Shown here: piece after piece, positions 25,128 through 37,934 of the stretch | How the letters are laid out: every line of letters begins with the position of its first letter | How positions within the stretch are numbered: the stretch's first letter is position 1 | NCBI GenBank assembly: GCA_052327205.1 | Contig: CM126205.1 | Location: 243,412,001-243,476,000 of the forward strand | Origin: Somniosus microcephalus | Taxonomy: Eukaryota | DNA: 64,000 nucleotides | Direction of reading: 5' to 3' | Translations under genes and position numbers: made by a program | Notes under the pieces: model-generated | Database searches by the model: none | Told to the model about the DNA's origin: nothing | The model's input: only the letters and a program-made list of their open reading frames with translations

Positions 25128-27618
25128 TGACAGGAGCTAATCAAATTGGGCATGGCAGCCTTGAGGAAGAGTTCATAGTGTGTATTAGGGACGGGTTCCT
25201 TGAGCAGTATGTAACTGAACCAACCAGGGGGCAGGCAATCTTGGATCTGGTCCTGTGTAATGAGACAGGATTAATAAAAAATGTCCTCGTAAAGGATCCC
25301 CTTGGAATGAGTGACCATAATATGGTTGAATTCCAAATTCAGTTTGAGGGGGAGAGTTGGGTCTCAAACCAGCGTACTGAGCTTAAATAAAGGAGACTAT
25401 GAATGAGAGTAAAATTGACTAAAGTGGACTGCGAAAACAGATTAAAGTGTAAGACGGTACAAGAGCAGTGGCCTACATTCAAGGAGATATTTCACATCTT
25501 TCAAGATAAATATATTCCACTGAGGAAAAAGGGGAGTAAAAGAAAAGACAGCCATCCGTGGCTTAGTAAATAAAGGATAGTATCCGACTGAAAACAAGGG
25601 CATATAAAGTAGCCAAATCTAGTGGGAGGATAGGAGATTGGGAAGCATTTAAAAGCCAGCAAACAATAACTAAAAGATTAATTAAGAAAGGGAAGATAGA
25701 TTATGAAAGTAAACTAGCAAAAAATATAAAAACAGATAGCAAGAGTTTCTACAGTTATATAAAAAGAAAAAAAAAAAAAAAAGTGGCTAAAGTGAACGTT
25801 GGTCCCTTAGAGGATGAGACTGGGAAACTAGTGGTGGGGAACATGGAGATGGCAAAGACACTGAACAAATATTTTGTATCAGTCTTTACAGTAGAGGACA
25901 CTAAAAATATCCCAACACTGGACAAACAGGGGGCAATGGGGGGGGGGGGGGGGGGGGGGGGGGGAGGAGCTAAACACGATTAAAATCACTAAGGAGATGG
26001 TACTCGGTAAAATAATGGGACTTAAAGCGAATAAATCCCCCGGACCTGATGGCCTACATCCTAGGGTCTTGAGAGAAGTGGCGGTAGGGATTGTGGATGC
26101 ATTGGTGATCATTTTCCAAAACTCCTTGGACTCAGGAAAGGTCCTGGCAGATTTGAAAACTGCTAATGTAACACCCTTATTTAAGAAAGGGAAGTAGACA
26201 AAAAGCTGGAAACTATAGACCAGTTAGCCTAACATCTGTGGTTGGCAAAATGTTGGAGTCCATTATTAAGGAAACAGTAACAGAGCATTTGGATAAACAT
26301 AATTTAATAGAACAGAGTCAGCATGGTTTTATGAAGGGGAAGTCATGTTTGACAAATGTGCTCGAATTCTTTGAGGACGTAACATACAGGGTGGATAAAG
26401 GGGACCCAGTGGATGTAGTGTATTTGGACTTCCAAAAGGCATTTGACAAAGTTCCACACAAAAGATTACTGATGAAGATTTTTTTAAAAATCACGGGATT
26501 GGGGGTAATATACTGGCATGGGTGGAAGATTGGCTATCTAACAGAAAACAGAGAGTTGGGATAAATGGTTCATTCTCGGGCTGGCAATCAGTAACTAGTG
26601 GTGTTCCGCAGGGGTCAGTGCTGGGACCCCAACTCTTTACAATCTATATTAACGATTTGGAGGAGGGGACCGAGTGCAACATATCCAAGTTTGCCGACGA
26701 TACAAAGATGGGAGGGAAAGTTGTGAGTGAGGAGGACATAAAAAACCTGCAAAAGGACAGACAGGCTAAGTGAGTGGGCAGAGATTTGGCAGATGGAATA
26801 TAATGTTGGAAAGTGTGAGGTTATGCACTTTGGCAGAAAAAAATCAAAGAGCAAGTTATTATCTAAATGGAGAGAAACTGCAAAGTGCTACAGTACAAAG
26901 GGATCTGGGGGTCCTGGTGCATGAAACACAAAAAGTTAGTATGCAGGTGATCAGGAAGGCCAATGGAATCTTGGCTTTTATTGCAAAGGGGATGGAGTAT
27001 AAAAACAGGGAAGTCTTGCTGCAGTTATACAGGGTATTGGTGAGGCCACACCTGGAATACTGCGTGCAGTTTTGGTTTCCATATTTAAGAAAAGATATAG
27101 TTGCTCTCGAGGCGGTTCAGAGATGGTTCACTCGGTTGATTCCGGAGATGAGGGGGTTGACGTATGAGGAAAAAAGGTTGGAGTAGGTTGGGCCTCTACT
27201 CATTGGAATTCAGAAGAATGAGAGGCGATCTTATCGAAACATATGAGATTGTGAGGGGGCTTGATCGGGTGGATGCGGGGAGGATGTTTCCACTGATGGG
27301 TGAGACTAGAACTAGGGGGCATAATCTTAGAATAAGGGGCTGCCGTTTCAAAACGGAGATGAGGAGAAACTTCTTCACTCAGAGGGTAGTAAATCTATCG
27401 AATTTGCTACCCCAGAGAGCTGCAGAAGCTGCAACATTAAATAAATTTAAAATGGAGATAGACAGTTTCCTAGCAGATAAGGGAATTAGGGGTTACGGGG
27501 AGAGGGCAGGGAAGGGACGCGAGTCTAGATTCGGATCAGCTATGATCCTATTGAATGGAGGAGCAGGCCCGAGTGCCGTATGGCCTACTCCTGCTCCTGC
27601 TTCTTATGTTCTTATGAG
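25128..27618 (+). mobile_element. CR1 LINE ORF2 (end of endonuclease to 3' UTR), frameshifted
   Basis: ILDLVLCN..SDHNMVEF (APE end), RT motifs, cttatgttcttatg tail. Confidence 0.95.
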
Positions 27619-28486
27619 CATTAACCATTAATGCACAATGTATTCATGCATTCATAAATTATTAAACTGAAATTAAAAATCCTACAAGTTACTGAAAATG
27701 ATAAAGAAAAAGATACAAATTGAAGACAACTTGAAAACAAAAAAATCAAAACAGAAATATTATGAAGGAACAAAACAGGGCAGGCCTGAAAGATTACTTG
27801 GGTCAGGCCAAACACCACACATGCACAATTGGGACGGTTTTCGACAGAAAAAAGGCGCACTAATTGTTAAATATATATAAATATTATACAGCCTATGCAA
27901 GTATTCCATTCTAATTTTAAAAATGTCACAAAACAAACCACAGGGTTTTATTATTACATCAAAATAACTTAAGGGAAAAGCAAAAGTTAAAAAACAATTG
28001 AATTTGAAACAATGCAGCATGCAAAGTCAGGACAGTCAAAAGAAACACTGCACATGAGCAAACAGACAAAACAGTAAATAAAATGAAAGCATGAAATACG
28101 ATATAAATCTATGCCCAGCTGAACAACTAGCCATCCTAGACCCCAAAATAATGGCAGGCCTCGAGGGAAATGTATCCTGCAGGATACTTTTCTCCAGTCC
28201 TACAGATCCTCCGACTCAAACTCATGTTTAATACAGTAATTGGTTTTTTTTTTTTGTTTGTTTTTTAAATACATACATATGCTTATTGCATTATTGAGTT
28301 CACCAGTATATTTTGTACCATACAGAATAATTTAAGGTCTGTGATAACCCAAAGCTTCTGGCAGTATTAAAGAAAAATTCCATAAAAGCCTTATGCTTCA
28401 GCAAAGGTCACATCCGACTTCCAAAATAAATTAGGAAGAGGTACTGGGACAACTCCTCCAAATTCAGACATTTATCATGGTTAAAG

Positions 28487-28860
28487 GAAAGAAAGGAGTG
28501 CCATTTATATAGCGCCTTTCACAACCTCAGGACATCCCAAAGCGCTTTACAGCCAATTTTGAAGTGTAGTCATTGCTGTAATCGAGGGAAACAGGAGCCA
28601 ATTTGCAAGGTCCCACAAATAACAATGAGATACATGACCAGATAATCTGTTTTAGTGATGTTGGTTGAGGGATAAATATTGGCCAAGACACCAGAAGAAC
28701 TTTGAATAGTGCCATGGGTTATTTCACATCTACCCAAGAGGTGACTATTTAATCCCGCAGTACTGCACTGAAGTGTTAGTCTGGGTTACGTGCTCAAGTC
28801 TCTGGCGTGGGGCTTGAACCCACGAACTTCTAACTCTGAGGCCACTGAGCCAAGGCTGAC
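28487..28860 (-). mobile_element. tRNA-derived SINE with L2-type tail
   Basis: Minus-strand A box tggctcagtgg, B box ggttcaagccc, tail gcgctatataaatg. Confidence 0.8.
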
Positions 28861-29305
28861 ACCAGTGTAATGAGTGAAGCAACAGGTCTAAGTGTTTATT
28901 GAGGGAGAAACAAAGCAAGTATTTCATCTCACTGAGATATTATTTTGAACAGCAAGGTCACTGACAATGGGAAACGGGCAAGATCATGCCAGGTTGTACG
29001 AGCAAGATCATGCCAGGTTGTACGGGCAAGATCATACCAGGTTGTACTCCTCGGAACCTAAAGTCAAATAGACTCTTGTCTATGTTTGTCAAGTCTGATG
29101 ACTGTTTTAAGTATGGGAGTAAATAAGATAATATGGGAAGATGACTAAGGCCATAGGTGCAATAAAAATGTCCACAAAGGAGATGTAATATTGCATAGAA
29201 TATATTTGGTAGAATCACGGCAGAAATTACAGAAGATTAAACATAATTTTCTGACTGGGCAATGCAACGAAACAGGTCTCATCACATGGCGAGTAATGGA
29301 GAAAG
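28817..29305. repeat. Right (probable source) arm of the inverted duplication; includes 3 x 24-bp tandem repeat at 28978-29047
   Basis: Unit gcaagatcatgccaggttgtacg(a/g); this arm continues into the full SINE, the left arm does not. Confidence 0.93.
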
Positions 29306-30184
29306 CTTAAGAGAAATGTTAGTGCAACTAAAGACAAATGTTAAATATACCCAGCTATAAGTCTTATTTGTACCATCAAGTGCATAATATTTATCTCTTC
29401 TCCCTCACAACTTGTCAGGTCTGCCATTTCACTAAACCATGCTCAATCAGAAAACAGTTTGATGATTTGTAAAATTCAAGACCTAAAGGAAATTCCACTT
29501 TGGTCACCTATTTACCGCCATTCCTTCTGTCACGTACTGTATATACAGAATACTGCACAAATACAACTGTGTACATTTGCAAAATGGGAAATTAGCATTC
29601 TTATTTAAGCTTCTCCTTTGTGGTGTTTTCCCATCAAATTTGAGCATCACGGCCAAGAACCTTCCTTATATTCTAGAAAGTGTGACTAAACATGATCTTG
29701 TTCAGTTCCCACTCCCGGTAACTTAAAACCTTTACTTTGTGCATCTATTTATTACAGGTCATCAATAAAACAGTGATTAGAGGAAGCCACTCTGCACAAA
29801 CCATATGTGACTGTGAATCACAAATTCTTTAACTTTTCATCTTTTAAATGTATAGAGCTGAAAAAAAATTATCGAAGAGCAGAATAAATAACTTACTATT
29901 GCAGAAAATATTTCATGATTCCATTCCCCAAGCAGAAAATACTTCATTAAAAAGTAATTAATTTGTCAAACCATTGTTTTCAAAATAATTAGTGCATTTA
30001 CATGAAATTTATTTGCAACACTGAAGTTAATATATCTTTACAAACTAATTAGCATTTATATTGCTCATTGCAAGTATACACGGAAACATACTTTAACCTG
30101 TTAACAGGAAACACATTTTTTTTTTTTTTTAAATCAATGCACAGAAAAGTTATAACTGGTTAATAAAGTAGTTATATATTTTTA

Positions 30185-31520
30185 TTATTCACTCAGGATG
30201 TGGGTATTGCTGGCAAGGCCAGCATTTATTGCTCATCACTAGGTGCCCTTGAGAAGGTGGTGGTGAGCTGCCTTCTTGAACCACTGCAGTCCATGTGCTG
30301 AAGGTGCTCCCACAATGCGGTTAGGTAGGGTGCTCCAGGATTTTGACCCAGCGACGATGAAGGATTGGCACTATATATTCAAGTCAGGATGGTGTGTGAC
30401 TTGGAGGGGAGCTTGGAAGTGATGGTGTTCTTATGAACCTGTTGCTCTTCTCCTAGTTGGAAGTTATGGATTTGGGAAGTGCTGCCAAAGAAGTCCTGGT
30501 GAGTTGTTGCATTGCACCCTGAAGATAGTACATACATGCAGCCATGGTACTCCAATGGTGGAGGAAGTGGATGTTTAAGCCAGTAGATAGGGTGCCAATC
30601 AAACAGACTTTGTCCTAGATAATGTTGAGCTTCTTGAGTGTTGTTGGAGCTGCACCTATCCTATCCAGGCAAGTGAAGAGTATTCCATCACACACCTGAC
30701 CTGTGCCTTGTAGATGATAGAGGGGCTTTGGGGAGGCAGGTGAGCCACTCACTGCAGGCCATTGACCTACTCTAGTGGCCATGGCATTTCTGTGGCTGGT
30801 GTAGTTTCTGGTCAATTGTGACTCCCAGGATGATGTGGGGGACTCAGCAATGGTAATGTCATTGAATAAGAAAGGGAGGTGGTTATGCTTTCTCTTGTTT
30901 GAGATGGTCAGTGCATGGCACATATGTTACTAGTCAATTATCAGTCCAAGCCTGGATGTTTTCCAGATGTTGTATGCAAACATGGACTGCTTCATTGTAT
31001 GAGGAATAGGAATGGAGTTGGCCACTGTGCAATCATCAGCAAACAGGCCCACTTCTGACCTTATGATAGAGGGAAGGTCATTGATGAAGCAGCTGGAGAG
31101 TGTTGGGGGTAAGGATGCTGCCCTGAGGAACTTGTGCAGTGATGTCCTGGGGCTGAGATGCTTGGCCTCCATTGAGCTCAACCATCTTCCTTTGCACCAG
31201 GTATGACTCCAGCCACTGGAGAGTTTTCCCCCTTAGCCCCATTGACTTCAGTTTTACTAGGGCTCCTTGGTACCACACTTAGTCACTCTCACCTCACTTC
31301 TGGAATTCAGCTCATCATGTTTGGACCAAGACTGTAATAAATTCTGGATCAGAGTATTTCTGGTGGAACTCAAACTAAGTGTCAGTGAGCAAGTTATTGG
31401 CAAGTGCCACTTATGATGACTGCTTCAATCACATTGCTGATGAATGAGAGTAGGCTAATGGGACGAGAATTGGCCGGATTGGATTTGTACTGCTTTTTGT
31501 GGACAGGACATACTGGAGTG
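30185..31520 (-). mobile_element. CR1/L2-group LINE, same family as 7405-8879
   Basis: VPQGSIL, CFINDLPS, LFADDC; shared 3' end. Confidence 0.9.
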
Positions 31521-33059
31521 CAGGAAAAATAGGTTATAAGAAACATGCCATCTCAGCCAGTGAAGAGATATATATACACCATGCCAATTAACATGAAAAA
31601 AATGTTTTATACTGAACCGAGTGCACAATTGATTACCAAACTATATATATTTTAAAAATTAGCAGTAATGTTCACGCAATCATTAATCCTGATGCATAAT
31701 CATTCAGCAATGACAGAAAAACCATATAAAATTGAAACTGGAATCCAGATTCTAGGCATACCAAAGCATAATTGTGATTTATTATTGGGGTTCAGTTATG
31801 AACTACGCTATCTACACTTCAATCAGCTGAATGTTGCCTACACTACACTGTCTTATAATGTATGCAGTCTTTTTTCAATCAACTGTGGAGTATCATTTCA
31901 TTAACTACCAGTCATTATGTTACAATCCTTTATCCTTCACACATGAATTACAAAGTAGCACTGACCCAACATCCACCATGACAGCAGTCACAGGCAAAAA
32001 GCTGAATTAATCCTACAAACAAAATTCTAGTGCGCTTCATTATAGTTCAATGCACGGTTCAATTATAATCCACAAGAATGAAGCGCAAGCAATGTCAACA
32101 AACATCTCAACTTTGAAAGATCTTAATGCCTTGAAATATATCAAATTAAGTGATAATCTATATAAATAAATGAAAATAAAAACCTTGCCACATTTTGTTA
32201 GTGAAAATAAAATGGCTCGTGATTTGACTCTTGCTTATCTGATAACACATGATGAGGCCACAAGTTACATTTTAATTTAACTGGCTGAGAGACAGAACAT
32301 ATCTTTCACCTAGTAACACAAATACACCAGATACACAGCATGAAGTACAAGGTTCATATTAGGTCGATAAACGACTCAAACTTCACTCCTGTAGTTTATA
32401 CCAGAACTCTTTAATAAGTTTGTGTTTTATAGTCATTCCTATATATCCATTACTTGTAATTTAATTTCATTGTATCTAGACTATTAATGTCAAGATGTTA
32501 ATGTTAAAATTCCTGTTTTTTTTGCAGAATCCATTTCAGTAAATTCATCCAATTAACAACAATAGTTTGTTCTCCTTGTTGAATCTTTAGAGCAAGAAAT
32601 ATGCATCTTAGAAAAGCACTGATGCCATTTTCCAGTTGTGATTAGACACAATGGTTAGATACACCAGGGGCAATCTGAAGCGCTCTACTGTTTTAAAGAA
32701 AACAAAGTCCCCAAAGAGAATGTACCACTAGATGTCACAGCATAATGTCAGAAAAAAAAGTTACGTAGGCTGGAGAAACATCAGACCACCAATCACCCCA
32801 TCCTATCACTACAACCCACCACTGACAGGCATGCAAGTGTCACTTGCCCATTTATTCACAGTTCAAAATACTGACCTAAAACACTTCAACAAAATCGATT
32901 TCAAAACTTGGAACTGAACAGTATGATGCAATGTAACAAATTAACAGAGTGATTGTCCAAATGCCTCGATTACTGTAGCTATTTCTACTCGAAATCTGCA
33001 ACTGTTACTCGCTGAGCTTCTGCAGAAAGCAGCAAACACACACACCCTCGCTGGGCATT

Positions 33060-33590
33060 TATTATTTAGATATGTCACTGAAACCGAGCCGCCCGTCCTG
33101 GGCCCCAACTACAAACTCTGAGCGCAGCCGCCCATCCCGATAATCAAGGCTCGCTCCTTTAAAATCGGACCGCAATCCGGCCAGCCGGCGGAGTGTGAGC
33201 AGCCGAGCCGAGCCAAGTCCTCCCTCCCAGTCCCGGTCCCGCCGCGCCCATTCAAACTGCCGGCCGACCAGCCGCCTCGGCACCCACCTCCGTCGGGGGA
33301 TGGTCCCCGCTGTTTTGGCGACGCTGTCGGTGTCCCCCAGCTCTATGGCTCGGCACTGTCCGAGTGCCGGCGGCGGTGCGGGCTCGGCTCTCCGCAGGTG
33401 CCCTGCCATCACCCGCAGCCGCTGCCGAGCACGGGGCTGCGTGCGCTCGCCTGACGCCATTCTTCCGTGTTGTGGCTATGAGCGCCGCGGGGTCAGAGGT
33501 GAACTCACCGGGGCCTCCGCTCCCGGCAGCCCCCGCGCGCACCCTGCAGCAACAAGTGGGCGGAGCCTCGCTCAGCGCAGGAGGAGGCCA
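33060..33590. promoter_or_regulatory. CpG island / AGPS promoter
   Basis: Dense CpG and high GC in an AT-rich background; GC box gggcggag near 33558; ETS-like cggaag just before the ATG. Confidence 0.8.
33288..33460 (-). CDS. AGPS: Alkylglycerone-phosphate synthase, peroxisomal; coding exon 1 (57 codons + 2 nt)
   Basis: MASGERTQPRARQRLRVMAGHL..GQCRA..AGTIPRR(R). PTS2 RLx5HL, a Cys processing-site motif and GTIPRRR match recalled human RRLRVLSGHL..NECKA..SGTIPKKR. Donor AG|GTGGGT is phase 2, as I recall for human exon 1. Strong Kozak agaATGG. Confidence 0.9.
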
Positions 33591-36210
33591 TTCAGCCCTG
33601 CCTGTGCCGCCTCTTTTGTGGAGCTATCTTTATTAGTCCCACTCCCTCCTGCTCTTTTGTAGCCCCGCAGTTTTTTTTCCCCTTCAAGTAATTATCCAAT
33701 TCCTTTTTGAAAGTTACTGGTGCATCTGCTTCCACCATCTTAACCACTGTTTTATATAGGTTTAGCATAACTTCCTTGCTTTTGTATTCTATGCCTCTTT
33801 AAAGTCAAGGATCCCATATGCTTTTTTTTAACAGCCATCTCAATTTGTCCTCCCACCTTCAAAGATTTGTGTACATACACCCCCTGGGCCTCTCTGTTCC
33901 TGCACCCCATTTAACATTGTATCATTTAGTTCATATTGCCTCCCTTCTTCCTACTAAAATGTATCATTTCACACTACGCTGCATTAAATTTCACCTGCCA
34001 TATGTCTGCCCATTTCACCAGTGTGTCTATGTCCTCCTGAAGTCTGTTACTATCCTTCTAATTGTTTATTACATTTCCAAGTTTCGTGTCTTCTGGAAAC
34101 TTTGAAATTATGTCCTGTATACCCAAGTCCAGGTCATTAATATATATCAAAAAGAACAGTGGTCCTAATACTGATCCCTGGGAAACACCACTGTTTACTT
34201 TCCTCCAGTCTGAAAAATAATTGTTCACCACTACTCTCTGCTTTCTGTCCCTTAGCCAATTTTGTATCCATACTGCCACTGTCCCATTAATCCCATGGGC
34301 TTTAATTTTGCTAACAAGTCTATTATGTGGTACTTTGTCAAACGCCTTTTGAAAGTCCATATACACATCAACCGCACTACCCTCATCAAATCTTTCCATT
34401 ACTTCATCAAAGAACTCAATCAAGTTAGTCAAACATGATTTGCCTTTAATAAATCCATGCTGATTTTCATTTATTAGCCCATACTTTCCCAAATGCCAAT
34501 TAATTTTGTCCTGGATTATTGTCTCTAAAATTTTCTCTACCACTGGCGTTAAGCTGGCTGGCCTGTAGTTGCCGGGTTTATCCCTCTCCCCTTTTTTAAA
34601 CAAGGGTGTAACATTTGCAATCCTCCAGTCCTCTGGCACCACCCCCATATCTAAGGAGGATTGGAAGATTGTGGCCAGAGCCTTAGCAATTTCCTCCCTT
34701 ACTTCCCTCAGTAAGGTAGGATGCATCCCATCCGGGTGACTTTTCTACTTTGAGGACTGCCACCCTTTTAAGTATCTCTTTATCTATTTTATCCTATCCA
34801 ATATTACTACTACCTCCTTTACTGCTACATTAGCAGCATCCACTTCTCTAGTGAAGATAAATGCAAAGTACTCATTTAGTACCTCAGCCATGCCCTCTGC
34901 CTCCACAAGAATATCTGCGTTTTGGTCACTAATCGGCCCCACCCTTCCTTTGACTACCCTTTTACGATTTATATGTTTAAAAAAACTTTGGATTCTTTTT
35001 ATGTTAGCCGCTAATCTATTCTTATTCTCTCTCTTTGCCCCTCTTATTCCCTTTTTTAGATCTCCTCTGTGCATTTTATATTCAGCTTGGTTCTTTACTG
35101 CCTCCTTTTTTGTCTCATTTAAATTTCTATATCTTTTATCACCCAGGGAGCTGTAGTTTTAAATGCCCTTCCTATCCCCCTCGTGGGAATGTGTCTATTC
35201 TGTACCCAAACCATCTCCGCTTTGAAGACCTCCCATTGTGCAATTACTGTTTAGCCTACCAATTTTTGATTCCAATCCACATGGGTCAGATCAGATCCCT
35301 TTTCAGCTCACTGATGTTAACTGGAGGAGGGCTAAGTATTTTTACGCTTGATTGTTCCTTGTCCTTTTCTATAACTATTCTAAACCTGATGATATTATGT
35401 TCCCCAAATGCTCTCCCACTGAACTATGCCCCATTTAATTCCACTGAACTAGATCCAGTGCTGCTTCCTTCCTTGTTGGGCTGAAGACACACTGATCAAG
35501 AAAGTTCTCATGTCCACATTTCAGGAATTCCTCTCCCTCTTTGTCCTTTACATTATTACTATCCCAGTCTATATTCAGATAATTGAAGTCCCCCCTATCA
35601 CTACTCTGTAGTTCATGCATCTTTCTGTAACTTGCCTGCAAATTTGCTCTTCTATCTCCTTCCCACTATTTGGTGGACTATAGTATACACTCAGTAGCAA
35701 AATAGATTCTATCTTTGACCCCTCAGTTACATCATCCTTCTCCAGTGCTATAATAGTTTCTTTGATCAATACTGCCACCCCCTCGTTTTTTCCTTCCCTA
35801 TTTTTTCTAAACATCTTGTAGCCAGGAATATTAAGTTCCCAATCCTTCCCTTCTTTGAGTCAGGCCTCTGTTATTGCCACTATATCATAGTCCCATGTGG
35901 CGACTTGTGCATGCAACTTACCAACCTTATTTACCACGCTCCACACATTTACGCACATGCACTCCAAACCCATCTTAGACTGCTTCACATTTGCCCCGTC
36001 TCATCCCTCCTATTTCTGAACTATTCTTTACTCTAGTACTATTTACCTCTCCCAGTCCTCTGTGCACATTGTTTCTCCTCTCTAATGTTTCATCCTGGTG
36101 CCCATCCCCAGCCAAATTGGTTTAAACCCTCCTTCACCACAATAGTTCACATTCCCACCAGGACATTGGTCCCAGCTCTGTTGAAGTGCAACCCATCCAA
36201 TGCTCCCCCT

Positions 36211-36247
<37 letters not shown>

Positions 36248-37200
36248 GAGTGCGGTCCCTTTAACTGTGTGCGCAGCCCGTTCAAATTTTCATGCATGCG
36301 CAGTTTCTTCCCTGTAGAAGCCAGTGAGCGGCCTGCGTGGGACTTCCAGACTGCTGCACAGCTTAGCGGGAACATTGAACCTGTCCCCCTTGAGCATGTC
36401 CCTCCTATCCCAGAACCGCTCCCAGTGCCCCAGGAATCTGAAGTCCTCCCTTCTGCTACATTTCTCCAGCCACGCATTAACCTGTTCTATCCTACTATTC
36501 CTATACTCACTAGTGCATGGCACTGGGAATAATCCAGAGATTACTACCTTTGAGGTCCTGCTCTTTAATTTCCTCCCAAGCTCCTGAAACTCTCACTGTA
36601 GGACCTCAACCCTTTTCCTTCCTATGTCACTGGTTCCCACATGGACCACGACTTCTGGCTGTTCCCCTTCACCCCCTCAAAATGTTCTGCACCCTCTCAG
36701 TGATGTCCTTTACCTTGGCACCAGGGAGGCAACACACCATACAGAATTCACATTGGTGGTTGCAGAAGTACCTGTTTTTACCCCAGCTATGAAATCCCCT
36801 ATGACCACTGCATTTCTACACTTTGCTATGCTTCCCGCCCCCTACCATGTGCACTAATGGCTGTCCTCTAGACTGCACTCCTCCGAGGTGTCATTACCCT
36901 CACCTGTATTCAGCACTGAAAACCAGTTTAAGAGTGCCACCCTCCTGGAGGATTCCTGCACTGTCTGCCTCTTCCTGCCCTGCCAAATGGCCACCCACTT
37001 ACTATCCTCCTGAACTCTCTGTAACTGCGGGGTGACTACCTCCATGTGCTCCAGTCTCCTGTATGCCCTGCCGTGAATCCAGCCTCTCCTCAAGCTCAGA
37101 AACCCTGAGCTTGAGTTCGAGCAACTAGAGACACTTCCTGCACATGTGGTTATCCAGGATACGTGAAGGCTCTGAAGTTCTCACATGGCACAGCAATTGC
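33585..37200 (-). mobile_element. Near-full-length decayed CR1 (ORF1 zinc finger/SGNH esterase, ORF2 APE-RT), with internal deletions
   Basis: IEQVNAWLEKCSRREDFRFLGHW (esterase), GDFNY (APE), ORF 34058-34726 (RT); 3' UTR ends near 33585. Confidence 0.92.
36198..36377. mobile_element. hAT MITE, 180 bp, inside CR1 ORF1
   Basis: TIRs caatgctccccctaa / ttagcgggaacattg; 8-bp TSD aacccatc / aacctgtc. Confidence 0.85.
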
Positions 37201-37549
37201 AGGCAATGGGTCTCAACTGTCCCACCAGGGTTTGTTAGATTTATAAATGTATGATCCAAAAGGGTGAGACTGATGGCAACCCCATTTAAATATATTCAGC
37301 TGTGTTTATTTTTAAACAGTGAGATACAGCTAAATAGACTGCATTTTTAAAATCAAGATAAGTGAGACTCATTCATAATGAGTGGAAAACGGTTGGGATG
37401 GTGGGATAAAGCTGTAAGTTTTTTTTGATTGGTAAGGTAAAATCAGGCAAATGCTTTCCTCATCCCAAGATGTTAATGGGGCCAAAGCTGAGAACAAGCA
37501 TATGAAAGTTAATATATAAGAAATAATTACATTCTACAAGTATTCAGTT

Positions 37550-37934
37550 GATTAAACGGGGCAACATGTTTCCTGACATAATGTTAATCCAAGTAAAATT
37601 AATAATTTTGGCATAAATGAGATGGAGGTTCTACACAGACTAAAAGAGCTCAAAAGAAATAAATCCACAGGGATGGAGTGTATTTATTCCTGATTACTAA
37701 GTGAGACAAGGGATGAGATTTGTGAGGCATTAGCAATTATTTGAGGGAGTCATTGAACACTAGGAGGTCCTGGTAGATTAGAGACAGGCTATCTTAGTGC
37801 CCATTTTCAAAGAGGGTGACAAAACAGCGCCATTAGTCTAATGTCAATATTACATAAAATTATAGAATTTATTATCAGCACTAAACTTGAGGATTACCAA
37901 TATGATACTAACCTACTAAATAGTAGTTAGCATG
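37550..37934 (+). mobile_element. Old CR1 ORF2 fragment
   Basis: Remnants of LK.NKS.G, PIFK.GD and ISL.S. Confidence 0.65.

Noticed and set aside
33062-33287. C-terminal part of the 132-aa ORF as coding
   Set aside because: AGPS similarity ends at the GT donor at 33287; the rest is intron read-through
33195-33662. Plus-strand ORFs over the CpG island
   Set aside because: GC-rich, stop-poor shadows of the AGPS exon with no recognisable protein
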